A DNA stretch of 63,889 nucleotides, the filler included, from an uncultured Methanosarcinales archaeon (GTDB lineage: Archaea; Nanobdellota; Nanobdellia; Woesearchaeales; CAYXTQ01): NCBI GenBank assembly GCA_964608065.1. It is 5 parts of 4 records of this genome, joined end to end, with 100 filler letters (N's around TTAATTAATTAA, not from the genome) between each part and the next. Parts side by side here need not be neighbours in the genome. Positions count along the whole stretch, not along the records: positions 31,891 to 61,670 come from CAZSMA010000003.1; 4 more parts are not named here. One strand, written 5' to 3'. The translations under genes and the position numbers were made by a program. The notes below the pieces were generated by a model that saw only the letters and a list, made by a program, of their open reading frames with translations, was not told where the DNA came from and did no database searches. Positions 38,367 through 50,100 of the stretch are shown here, one piece after another; the stretch's first letter is position 1; each line of letters begins with the position of its first letter.

Positions 38367-39377
38367 ATGTCAATAAAAGTAGGTGTTGTGGGTTATGGTA
38401 CTATTGGTAAAAGAGTTGCTGATACAGTCTTATTACAAAAAGACATGAAATTAGCAGGAATAACAGCACATAACTATAATTGGAAAGTTAAAATAGCTGA
38501 TGATCGCGGACTTAAGATTTTTACTGCAGATGGAAAAGAACTTTTTGAAGAAAAAGGAATAAAAATTGCAGGAGATATTAATAATTTAATTGAAGAATCA
38601 GATGTTATTGTAGATTGTACTCCAAAAAAAGTTGGCAAAGAAAACAAAGAAAAATTTTACTTACCAAAGAAAATAAAAGCAGTATTCCAGGGTGGAGAGC
38701 AACATGATGTAGCAGACGTAAGCTTTGTAGCACAATGCAATTATAAAGAAGCATTAAACAAAGAGTTTGTAAGGATTGTCAGCTGCAACACAACAGGATT
38801 ATGCAGAACTTTAAACGCTATCAACAACAAATTAGGAATTGAAGAAGTCCATGCAACAATGATCAGAAGAGGGGCAGACCCTTGGGATATCAGACATGGG
38901 CCAATAAATGCTATAGTCCCTGTTTTAGAGCTTCCATCCCATCATGGCCCAGATGTCAGAACAGTTCTGCCAAATATTGAAATCTTCACAACAGCATTAT
39001 CAGTACCAAGCACATTAATGCACATGCACAACATAACAGTTGATTTAAAAAAAAAAACAAATATAGGAGAAGTCATAGACCTTTTCGAGAAAACAACAAG
39101 GGTAACTTTAGTTGATAACGCATCTATGGTTAGATCTACTGCAGAGATAATGGAATATGCTCGTGACTTAGGAAGATCTACAAGAGGAGACATGCCGGAA
39201 ATCTGTGTTTGGAGAGAAGGCATAGGCACACACAAAAATAAATTATTGTATATGCAGGCAATACATCAGGAATCAGACGTTATTCCAGAAAACATTGATG
39301 CAATCAGAGCAATGACTGGCTTTGAAGACGGAGAAAAAAGCATTAAAATAACAAACAAAACCTTAAACATCAAATAA
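38367..39377 (+). CDS. gap: Archaeal type II glyceraldehyde-3-phosphate dehydrogenase
   Basis: GYGTIGKRVAD, VSCNTTGL, PSHHGPDV, HQESDVIPENIDAIRA. Confidence 0.96.
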   Translation: MSIKVGVVGYGTIGKRVADTVLLQKDMKLAGITAHNYNWKVKIADDRGLKIFTADGKELFEEKGIKIAGDINNLIEESDVIVDCTPKKVGKENKEKFYLPKKIKAVFQGGEQHDVADVSFVAQCNYKEALNKEFVRIVSCNTTGLCRTLNAINNKLGIEEVHATMIRRGADPWDIRHGPINAIVPVLELPSHHGPDVRTVLPNIEIFTTALSVPSTLMHMHNITVDLKKKTNIGEVIDLFEKTTRVTLVDNASMVRSTAEIMEYARDLGRSTRGDMPEICVWREGIGTHKNKLLYMQAIHQESDVIPENIDAIRAMTGFEDGEKSIKITNKTLNIK

Positions 39378-40208
39378 ATTATATTTTTCATTAATTTCTT
39401 TTTCAGAAAACACAATTAACGGCTTTAGTACAACTAAATTTGTTTTAACATCTTTAAAATCATCTAAAGTTTGCCCTACAACCAAAGCATTAAGTTCCTT
39501 TTCTTCAGCAATCTTTTCAATGTCCCTCATACTTTTTACTTTTGTTAACTCAATATCATAACCATAACTATATTTTTTTAATAAATTTATATTAACTTTA
39601 TCAAAACTAACAGGGAAGATGCTGCAACCCCTCTTCATAACCATCAAAGCAGCCAAAATTGATTTTTTATCTTCAACTAATACAGCAACACCCCCTTCAA
39701 TCCCAACAGGCAGTCCTCCAAAACATTTAACTCTTTCACTGAAAACATACGCTTCATTGTCTATTACCTCAACACCTAATTCAAAATCAAATTTTTCTAA
39801 AGAAACCTTTGCTTTGGTCTTATTTTGTATAAAAGCACCAATTTTTATATTAATATCCATAGACCTCATTTTTTTATTGCTTAAATTCTTAGCACTAACT
39901 CTAAAGCTTTTATTCTTATTTAATTTTTTTATAAATTTCAATGTTATTTTTTTTATTGATTCCATATCAGCTTCTGTTTTTATCGCAGGACTAAAATTTA
40001 TTATTCCAAAAACATATTTTAGACAATCACATTTATTATTAGTATAGATAACAATCCTGTTTCTCAGTCTTTTAATCTCTTTAAATTCTACTTGTTTTTT
40101 TTTTAAACAATCCCTCATATTATTGACTAACTTTCTCTCAAACATATTCCTGTTCTTTCCTTTCAGAGATATCTCCCCATACCTCACTAAAACACAGTTC
40201 TCTTCCAT
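39363..40208 (-). CDS. ThiI-like protein: ferredoxin-like and THUMP domains plus degenerate PP-loop domain
   Basis: VRYGEISLKGKNR..FE, THUMP, GGLPVG..G; SGGIDS replaced by EDKKS. Confidence 0.85.
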   Translation of the reverse strand: MEENCVLVRYGEISLKGKNRNMFERKLVNNMRDCLKKKQVEFKEIKRLRNRIVIYTNNKCDCLKYVFGIINFSPAIKTEADMESIKKITLKFIKKLNKNKSFRVSAKNLSNKKMRSMDINIKIGAFIQNKTKAKVSLEKFDFELGVEVIDNEAYVFSERVKCFGGLPVGIEGGVAVLVEDKKSILAALMVMKRGCSIFPVSFDKVNINLLKKYSYGYDIELTKVKSMRDIEKIAEEKELNALVVGQTLDDFKDVKTNLVVLKPLIVFSEKEINEKYNLFDV

Positions 40209-40281
40209 AATCCTTGGTTTATACTGGTCTTATATATACTTTATCAAAAGTTTTAAATAAACACTAATAACATTGAATCAT

Positions 40282-40890
40282 ATGTTTTCAGATATTGTTT
40301 TTCCAAAAGATAATGAGAAAAAATTAATTAACATGGCAATTAGATTAGGTTATTCTACATTATATCTTGTTTATGATTCTAAAGAAGATTTTGCTAAAAT
40401 AAAAATAAAATTAGAGGAACTAAAAGACAAAGAAATAAAACTCAAAATAGGAGTTAAAACTAATATTAAAAACATAAATAAATTCAGAAAATTTGATATT
40501 ACATTAATAGAAGCATCAGATAAAAGCAGATATATAATAGAAAATTCTAAGCCAAATTTAATCTATAACCTAGAATTAATTGGAAGAAAAGACTTTATGC
40601 ACCATATGAACTCTGGGCTTAACCAAGTTCTGTGTAAATTAGCTAATCAAAACAAGGTGGCTATTGGAATAAACTTTAATAATCTTCTTAAAGAAACAAA
40701 TCTAAGAAAAGACATTATTATCGGAAGAACCAAACAAAACATAAAACTTTGCAGAAAGTACAAAGTTAGATTCATTACAGGAAGCTTTGCTTCATCTGCT
40801 TTTGAAATGCGCAACCCACAAGATTTACGTAGTTTTTTAACAGTTATTGGAATGCATCCAGAAGAAGCAAAGCAAAGCATAATTTATTAA
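40282..40890 (+). CDS. rnp3: RNase P protein Rpp30
   Basis: AIRLGY, NSGLNQVLCKLA, IKLCRKYKV, FEMRNPQDL. Confidence 0.88.
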   Translation: MFSDIVFPKDNEKKLINMAIRLGYSTLYLVYDSKEDFAKIKIKLEELKDKEIKLKIGVKTNIKNINKFRKFDITLIEASDKSRYIIENSKPNLIYNLELIGRKDFMHHMNSGLNQVLCKLANQNKVAIGINFNNLLKETNLRKDIIIGRTKQNIKLCRKYKVRFITGSFASSAFEMRNPQDLRSFLTVIGMHPEEAKQSIIY

Positions 40891-40962
40891 AAGCGATAAT
40901 TTTATATATCTCTTTAAAGATAATTTGAATATTATAGAAATAAGAATAAAAAGAGGTTATTG

Positions 40963-43900
40963 ATGAAAAAACAAAAAATATTTTTCTTAGCGCTCNNNNN
41001 NNNNNTTAGCACTCATAATAATCTTTACCACATCATTTTTCTCTATCTATTCGATTAGTGTTACATCTTCAAGTGGAAACTGTGAAGATCCTGATGGGTG
41101 TGTTTCAGATGTAAAACTTGAATTATCTTTAAATCCATGTAAGACAGGATGGGGGAAATCTACAGGAATGACTTACTTCCAAATGTGTTATACCCAATCA
41201 AAAGGGGCAGGAGCATATATAGAAGATTTGAAATATATGGCTAAAGCAGGCGACACCAGCTGTACGTCTGCGAATTGTATAACTGGTTATGAAATCTCAG
41301 GACAAGCCGTGTCTGGAAACATATGCTACTGGCTTTGTAAAAAAATTGGAGAACCAAAGATTAATGATATCAAATTTAAGTACAAAGAAATAAAGACTCT
41401 TCAAGATACAAAGCCATTATGTGATGATATTTATAATTTGAATTTAGGTAGTCAGTGGGACCTAGACACTCTTTTGTATACATTACTATGCGCAAAACCA
41501 GTAACACTACCACTTACATGCACAACCAACGGAGGCAAATGTCAAATTGATGCATGCGAATCAGGAAAAGAAGTAGGTGGAACCTGTGCCGACAATAAAA
41601 ACTGCTGTGAAATACCACCACCACCACCAAATCAATGCACAGAATCAGGAAAAGTGTGTGTTCCAACAGCTAGTTGCTCTCAGGATAAAAGATTAAACAC
41701 TCCTGGTTGCGGACAAGGAAATACATGCTGCGAGCCATCTAATCCTTGCCAAGACTTAGGAGGAACATGCAAATCTTCTTGTTCAAATGAGCTTGAGCTT
41801 CCTCTTGAAGCAGATTATTTTTGCAGACAAGATAACAACAAATGCTGTAAACCTTACAGCGAGATAGACTTCATAAGACCTTATAAATATTCATCTATAC
41901 TAAACCCACAAATAATAATCAGGACTGCTCAGGAAGCTACAACCTGCACAGCAACTTTAGAAAAAGTTAATGATAATGGAGATAGGATAAGATTTATTAC
42001 TCCTCACCCAATTTTGAATAAACAAGCAGACAACAACCTACAGCATAAAAGAGAGGATACTAGTGCTTTAGAAAAAGGAAATTATAAATTAAGTGTAACA
42101 TGCAACAAAATAACTACAAGGAAAAAATGCTGTACTGCTTCTGGAACAACAGGAACAAACTGCCAGACTGCTGGTGGAGATTGTGTAGTAACAACAGCGT
42201 TATGCCCTACAGGAAAAACAAATGTTTTATCAACAGCAGCAGACTCATGCCACGCAACTTCACGTATAAATGCAGAATATTTTTTCACAATAAACACATC
42301 ATACCAAGGAGAATATTGTGAAGGTAATATTGCAAAATGCCAACCAAACCACATATTTGATGGTTTTAGGGAAGTTGGGCTTCCACAGCAGCATTATGAA
42401 CCTGCTAACAGGGATATACAAGGTTATAATCTAGTCTGTGTAGATGCAGGCAACCAACAAACAAACTTAGACGGATATTGCAGAGCAACATGTGCAAATA
42501 CAATCTGCCCTTACGAACCTCGTTTACCAAATAATCCAGAATCAGTACACTTAGCTTACACTATCGGCTGCTTCAAACCATACATTGAACCAAGATGCAT
42601 CAATTACAAAGGTTTTACAGGAAACGAAGAAGTAAATTCTATGGAAAGCTGTGCAGACCCTCCAAGCCCATACCTTCATGATGCTCCGGGCTTTACCCTT
42701 TGCAAAAAAGGATACAACCCAGCAACAGGTTCAACTGTATACTTCAACCCTCACGGAATGGATTGGAACTCAGAAACAGGAGCTGAAAATTTGTGTATGT
42801 GGACATTTTTCAGAAGAGAAGCATGGGCCATGTGCGATCAGGAAGGAGGTTCATGTGATTGTTATTCAGGCAATGATGTAAACCGTGTTGGTTGCAAATG
42901 CTATCAACACACAGAATGCAAAAACAATATATGTGAATTAGTGGATGGTAAAGGGGCAGACCAGTGCTCTGCTGTTGGTTCAGCTTGTGAACCACCATCA
43001 TGCGGAACAGCAGCAGAATGTATAGTAAGCTGTGATAAAAACCTATACTGTGAAACAGAACAAGACTGTGCAATATCTTCTAAAAAATTCTGGTATGGAG
43101 ACACTACAAAATCATATTCATTCACACATGATAAAGAAGAAAAATTAAACTGTACTGTTACTGTTGAAACTGCTTGTTTTGGAGGTAACAATATAGAGAC
43201 CAATGAAAAATTAAGAGTAGCAATAAATGGAGAATTTGTCGGAATTACAGAAGATGATTACTGCAACACCCAGGGAACATGCTCTGAAGATGGCCCACAA
43301 ACCACAACATTTACAGCACAAGCACAAATAAAAAAACAAAACACAATAAAAATTGAGCATGTTGAAAATAGTGTTAGCCTAACATCACTATATATGCAAT
43401 GCCATGGAGAAAAACAATACACATGGGATAGGTCAGAATCTGGATATTGTAGATCACCTTCCCAATGTTTAGTCAACCCATACTCAGATAATGAAGATAG
43501 AAGTGAAGTAACATATATAGACCTTGATATCCCGACTTATAATGATATAAAATGCATAGATTCAGGCCAGTTTATAGGAGATCATTATTGTGACAACGGA
43601 ATTTGGACTACAAGAACAAAAGCAATAGCATTGCAACTATTACAATCAGCAGAAAACTACAATCCAGATGATTATGTTTTATTCTGTGATAATTATCTAA
43701 ACACATTAAACTATTATGATTATGATATTGTAACAACCTATGGAACCAACAAAGCCAGAGACTATTTATCTAATAATTGCGAGGTATTAAACACACCAGT
43801 TTCATGCATCAACAAAGTCTGTGTCCTAAAATACAAAACACCTGATGATGATAATTACAAAGTTGCTGTTGGAACTTCTTTAAATCATGACATGACACAA

Positions 43901-44470
43901 ACACAAAGTTACTCAATCATGGAATTATTTGGGCAATCATTGAATTATTGCAATAGAATAGGAGAAGACTATGGGCAATTCCAAAGCTGTGACCCAAGCC
44001 AGGACATGTGGTTCAATAAGAACTTGAACAGCATAATTTATTCCAGAGACTCAATCAACTTAGGAAAATTAAGCTTTTCACAAAAATTCCTACAATTCCT
44101 AAAAAACCCTTTCACAAAAATATTCAACACAATCTTAAAAGTAATAAAACCAAAATTCCCTAGAGGGGCAGAGTTTGACTATGATTTTATCAAAGACACA
44201 GAAGACTTTGACAGGATATACATAGCAAACAAAGACTCTAAAAATGTAAGAGGGATAATTGAGGAAATTGGAAAAGACAAATTCATGTCAGTCACTTATG
44301 ATGGTTTTGAAGCAAACATCTGCAAATCAGTTGAACCCTACTGGAGAAAAACACCTGCATTCGGAGTTCTAAGCTGCAATGAAACTAGCGGAACTTATTA
44401 TATAGAAACACTATACAAACAAAGAATGGACGCATGGCAGGAACTGACTTCTAAATTAAGAGTTAAATAA
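40963..44470 (+). CDS. Large Cys-rich exported protein (~1170 aa)
   Basis: Signal peptide MKKQKIFFLAL..LALIIIF spanning a 10-N gap; the downstream part is in frame with the 41168 ORF; repeated C..GG.C...CC modules; GAGG ribosome-binding site. Confidence 0.8.
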
Positions 44471-44574
44471 AAATATTTATATATAACACCCTACTAAATT
44501 CTAACTAAAAAGAGGCAGCGAAAATTACTATGTAATTTTCTGGTCTTCTTTTTGCAAGCAAAAAGAGGTGTTAG

Positions 44575-46719
44575 ATGTATAAAAAATCACAGATTACCGT
44601 ATTCATAATTCTTGGGATAGTTATCCTTACAATTGTAGGCTTTGTGTTTTATTTATCAGAAACAAGCTTGAAAAAAAAAATAGAAGCCCCTTTAGAAAAA
44701 ACAATTAAAGAATTCATTAAATCCAAAGCAATAAACTATTATGTAACAACCTGCTTGGATGAAACTTCAAAAAAAGCACTGATCCTTATTGGAGACCAGG
44801 GAGGATTTATCCATAAACAACAAAATGGATTAATTGACTGGGAAACTCCATATATAGAATACAATGGAAAAAACACAACATATCAAATTTACAGTTCACT
44901 AAGCGACAAATTAAAGAAAAAAGATATCTTAATCAACAACCCTTTCCTATACCCTTGCTGGACCAAAGGCCCAAATGCAGGAATTAACTGCCATATAAAT
45001 TACAATCACTTGGAAAAAGATTATTATTTTGGAAGCACAAAAGAACCAACAAACAGCATTAACCCAGATTTATGCAAAAAAAAAGAAACAATGCCTGCTT
45101 ATGTCTGCAGCTGCTATAACCCTCCAGACTCATTACAATGCAAATATTCTATACAAGCACAATTGGAAGACTATATCCAAAAAACAATTAAAGAATGCAC
45201 TGATTTCTCCAACATCAAAGGATACGATATTACTGTACAGGATGTTAAAGCAAATGTCACTTTCAGCAATGATAATGTGCTGTTCAGGATAGAGTTTCCA
45301 ATAAAAATAGTGGTTAAAGACGCACAGCCTGTAATAAAAGTTATGGAATTCTCTCTTCCACAGCCAGTAAGGCTTAAAACAATACATAAACTTTCCAGAG
45401 AATTGATTGAAAAAGATATTGATGACATCAACTTTGATATTGTTAAAGACGGACAGAAAATAGCAGATAATTATGGAAATTTTGAAATAAGCAGCACTTA
45501 CCCTTACCCTAACACAAGCATAATATCAATTAAAGACGCCGAATCAAAACTTGATGGAAAAGATTATGTATTTACTTTTGCTCGTGAAAACAGAGCCCCA
45601 GCTTTGGATTACATGACTTTTATCTCATTCGAAGATTATGATTATTATCTAATAGAAAACCAGACACTAAACTTTACACCCACAGCATTTGATCCAGATG
45701 AATCATATCTGGTTTATGATTATATCAATTGGAGAGATGATAAACTAACACAAAGCCAGATTTACATATCTCCAAGACCTTATGAATGTATACATCCTTT
45801 CTCAGGAGAAAGAGAAGCAAGAAGATGTACAACTTATAAACTAAATAATTTAGATGTAGGAGAACATGTGGTAACCATAAGACCAAAAGACCCAGAAACA
45901 TTATTTGATTATCAGGATATAAACCTACTTGTTGACGACATACCTAAAATAGAAATCGAAACAGACAATAATTACATGTATATCCCTAACTTAATAACCT
46001 CTACAGAAGACCTATTTATTGTTGATGCTTCTAGATCCTCAGATCAATACCCTAATCCTGTAAAACTTCTATTCAGTTTATTCAAAAAAGTAGATAATAA
46101 TATTGAAACAATATATCTAGAAACTAGCAACCCAATATTAGAAATACCAAGAAAAAAAAACGATAAAGAAATAGAAAACATAAAAGATAAAGGCTTCAAA
46201 CTGCCTCTTGGTGTTAAAAAACAAACCCAAACACTAATTCTTGATTTAAAAAACAAAGCAAACACACCATTAGACAACACAGCAGTAAAAAAAATAGACA
46301 TAGAAGTCTGGCAATGTCTGCCTCATAGAAATGCCAACTCTCCACCATACCCTTTCCATACAATTGAAGACCCTTTCAAAGCAGACCACACCTGCTGCAA
46401 ATTAGATGGTTCATATGAAAGCACAAGCAAAACATGCTACAATTTAGTTGATTACGGATGCTTGGGAGATTTCACAAACCCTTCAAGCGAACACTATGAC
46501 CCCGGGAACTTGAGAACTAAAGGAAAACAACCTTTAGTGAGCTACAACCCTTCAGGAAGAGACGATTCAGCAGATAAATATAAAAGAACACTAATCACAA
46601 AATGCAGCGGCAATCGCGGAAACACATGTGATAATGTTGAAACATATAAAATAGAATTTCTAGGTTCTAGTTGCTTAACTAATTGTAAATATAGTCCTAC
46701 AATAATAGGTATATGTTAA
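44575..46719 (+). CDS. Large pilin-like protein with class III signal peptide and Ig-like domains
   Basis: MYKKS|QITVFIILGIVIL; NRAP...AFDPD Ig-like module. Confidence 0.8.
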   Translation: MYKKSQITVFIILGIVILTIVGFVFYLSETSLKKKIEAPLEKTIKEFIKSKAINYYVTTCLDETSKKALILIGDQGGFIHKQQNGLIDWETPYIEYNGKNTTYQIYSSLSDKLKKKDILINNPFLYPCWTKGPNAGINCHINYNHLEKDYYFGSTKEPTNSINPDLCKKKETMPAYVCSCYNPPDSLQCKYSIQAQLEDYIQKTIKECTDFSNIKGYDITVQDVKANVTFSNDNVLFRIEFPIKIVVKDAQPVIKVMEFSLPQPVRLKTIHKLSRELIEKDIDDINFDIVKDGQKIADNYGNFEISSTYPYPNTSIISIKDAESKLDGKDYVFTFARENRAPALDYMTFISFEDYDYYLIENQTLNFTPTAFDPDESYLVYDYINWRDDKLTQSQIYISPRPYECIHPFSGEREARRCTTYKLNNLDVGEHVVTIRPKDPETLFDYQDINLLVDDIPKIEIETDNNYMYIPNLITSTEDLFIVDASRSSDQYPNPVKLLFSLFKKVDNNIETIYLETSNPILEIPRKKNDKEIENIKDKGFKLPLGVKKQTQTLILDLKNKANTPLDNTAVKKIDIEVWQCLPHRNANSPPYPFHTIEDPFKADHTCCKLDGSYESTSKTCYNLVDYGCLGDFTNPSSEHYDPGNLRTKGKQPLVSYNPSGRDDSADKYKRTLITKCSGNRGNTCDNVETYKIEFLGSSCLTNCKYSPTIIGIC

Positions 46720-46733
46720 AACTAATATTACTC

Positions 46734-46915
46734 AGTATGTAGTTATCATACTTAATACTTATTTATCATATTAATACGTAATTATATGTAATAGTATGTA
46801 ATAGTAGGTTATAATATGTATTAGAAAATATCTAACACTATTCTAGACAAAACAAACACTCACAGAAACCTTTAAATAATACTTAGTATGTAGTTATACA
46901 CATTAGTAAGTATTA
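46734..46915. promoter_or_regulatory. Repeat array, candidate operator sites
   Basis: AGTATGTAGTTAT at 46734 and 46885; further AGTATGTA at 46793; inverted TAATACTTA/TAAGTATTA at 46877/46907. Confidence 0.5.
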
Positions 46916-47016
46916 AAAACCGACAATCATATATAAATATTAAATTACTTATCCGAAATATACATAGCAGTTTTGAATATGCTCGGAAATCTCCGATTTC
47001 CGACATAATCCCCAAA

Positions 47017-47166
47017 ATGAAAGAGCGTATCACAATAACTATTGACAAAAAACTTCTTAAGTGGTTAGATGAGAATGTAGATAAGAGAATATTTGCAAAC
47101 AGATCTCATGGTTTTGAATTTTTAATACAAAAAAAAATAGAAGAGGAAAATGGGAAAAAGAAGTAA
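47017..47166 (+). CDS. Ribbon-helix-helix DNA-binding protein (49 aa, not in ORF track)
   Basis: MKERITITIDKKLLKWLDENVDKRIFANRSHGFEFLI. Confidence 0.88.
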   Translation: MKERITITIDKKLLKWLDENVDKRIFANRSHGFEFLIQKKIEEENGKKK

Positions 47167-50100
47167 AAAAATAATACTAGCACTATTTACATTAGTATTA
47201 ACTATTTTAATAGCTTCTGTAGTTAATGCTGTTTGCTGTACAGAACCCGGAGATAATTATTGTCAGGAAACAGATCAAGCAACCTGCGCTGACTCATACG
47301 AATCAGTAAGTTGTGATAGTTTACAATCAATATGTACTGATGTAGGTTGTTGTAAAGCAACTTGTGAATCATATGTAACACGTGCATATTGCAATATAGC
47401 AGATGCATTTGTAGCAGACAAAGACTGCAGTGATGAATCAATAACAGAATGTCAGAAAGGCTGCTGTGTTCAGATTGACTCTGATAACACACCTCATGAC
47501 TGTTACGATGAACAGGATCATAAAGGAATATATGAAAAAGATTGTGTAGCAGACCCATTATATGCTAATAAAATATTTTATCCAGGAGAGTTCGGAAACA
47601 ATTGCACTGACCTATGTGAAGCAGGAACACTACAAAAAGGAACTATCAAAGGATTTGTGTATTATGGAATTCCAAAACAATCTGCTGATGATGCTAAAGT
47701 AATTATTGGAGGAGATCTAAAAAATTGGATATACAATGATAAGAACACTGGCTTTGAATTTACTGAACAATCTTATGGAAGCCACTCAATTACTGCTTAC
47801 TATGCAGGTTATAAACCAAAAACAGAAAACATAGTTTTATCCCAAGCAATTCTTGAAATTGAAATACATCTTACTGAAACAACAGACAAAGGCCATGTAT
47901 CAGGGCTAGTCAGGGAAAAAAACACTGGAAAACTAATTAAAAATGCTGTTGTCTCTTATTCCAATGGACAGGATTCAACAGATGATGATGCTTTTTTCTT
48001 CATAGAAAATATTGATGAAGGACCAATAACATTAACAGCAACAGCTACAGGCTACAACAGCGAAAGCAAACCAATAACTATTACAGCAGGAGAACTGACA
48101 ACAACAAACTTTGATTTAACACCAGCAACAACAGAAGAAACAGGCTGGCTTACAGGCTATGTAAAAGATACAACTTCAGGAGATTATCTTAATGATGTTG
48201 TAATAGACGTATTCAAAGATAATATAATAGAAGGTACAGGAATCTCAGAAACAGATTTCACAATACCTCCAAAAAAAGGATTCTACCAAATACTTGAATT
48301 ACCAGAAGGAACTCTTAAAGTAAGAGCATCAAAACAAGGTTATTACTCTTCTGCAGATATTCCTATCCAGATAAACAAAAACACAGGAACTTCTTTAGAA
48401 GACATAGAATTAGAACCATTACCTGCAGAATGCTTAGCAGACTTACCTTCCCCATATTTAGAGCTTTCTAATATTAAAGGAACAAAAAGTATAAAAATAA
48501 AATGGAATCAAAAATGCATACAGGAATTAGGGGTAACAGATTACAAGCTTTATAGAAATAATATACTAATCAAAACCTTCAAAGAAGAAGATAAGATATA
48601 TGAGTATGAGGATGATGGAAGCAGCATTGGAAAATTAAGATGGGACACAACATACACATACAAACTTATTGCACTAGCTTCAAACCAACAAAGCATTGCA
48701 ATAAGAACTATCAACACAGGAAACAAGTTCTGTGAAAACAAATTAGATGAAGAATTCTGCTTAGATAATAATTTAGGCAACATAATTCCATTGACAGTAA
48801 GAGCAAAATGCAATAATCAGAATATACTTTCTGTTGTAGAAGGCTGCGCAGATGAACAAATATGCAGGCAACTGAATGACTTGACATATTGTATAGATCC
48901 AGACGATTGCCAAAACCTAGGGATAGATTATAACCAAGGATATTTCCCAAACATCCTGGGAATGTTTTACTACAGCGCATATGCTGAAATAACATGCCTT
49001 CAAAATCAAAATAACCAGCCAAGATTCTGTTATATGGATTATTACAAAGCAGCAGGCCCGTTCACAACAGTAGATAGATGCCTTAACTGCAAGCAGGATG
49101 GAAACTGCTTTGATTACCAGTCAAAACAAGCATGCCAACAGGACAATTGCGGTTATAGTGATTGTGAATGGTATAACAATTACGCATTTGCACCATTAGG
49201 AAGAGGCTTCTGTTATGAAAAAAGCTATACTGGAACAGACTACTGCAGTTTATGCAGCTCTAATAACAACCTATTCTCCAATGTTTATTGTACAAAAGAA
49301 CTTTGCAGCAAACTAGGCTCCTGCTTTGCTACAGGAGACAGCTGTGAATCATGCACCCAGGATAGCACATGCGAATTATATACTACCAGGGAAGCATGTG
49401 TTGGAAATTCTCAGGGCTTTGAAGCAGAAATATGCAATCCTGACGAAGAATTCAAATACAGCAAAGACACTTGCGGATTAAAAAGATGCAAATGGCTAAA
49501 CAATCAATGCATTAAAGACGGAAATGATGACAATATAGCAGATTGCAAAGAAAATGATATATTATGCCAGATAGACACAACACCCCCAACAACATTTATT
49601 AGCTCAAAACCAGAAGCTATAATCTCTGAAGAAACTGAAATCAGATTCATAACTGACGGAACATCCACTTATTATTGCATTGATGAGTTTAATTGCTGCC
49701 CAGACAAGATTGTAAACAACAATAATCTTGTACTACCTAATGAAGATTTCCTCTTAAAAGATATAAAAGCAAACCATACGCTTTATTTCTACTCTATTGA
49801 TACTTATAATAACACAGAAACCATCCAAAAAGAAATAATCTATGTTAATACAAAAAAACCAAAATTCACATTCACAACATTAGTAGAAGACAACACAGAA
49901 TCTGATACAACATCAGATTTGACAGTAACACTAAATGTCGAAGACAAATATTATTGTGAAGACGACTTAAGTTTTGGATATGGAAATACAGTTGATTCTA
50001 AAATAAGTCAGGATGTTGCAACAGACCTAAGTGTAACATACTCTGCACTAAAAGACGGCTATTATTATTATACTGTAACTTGTAGAGACGAGCTTGGAAA

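Noticed and set aside
46720..46920. CRISPR array
   Set aside because: Repeats are 13 bp or shorter and irregularly spaced, and no cas genes are present
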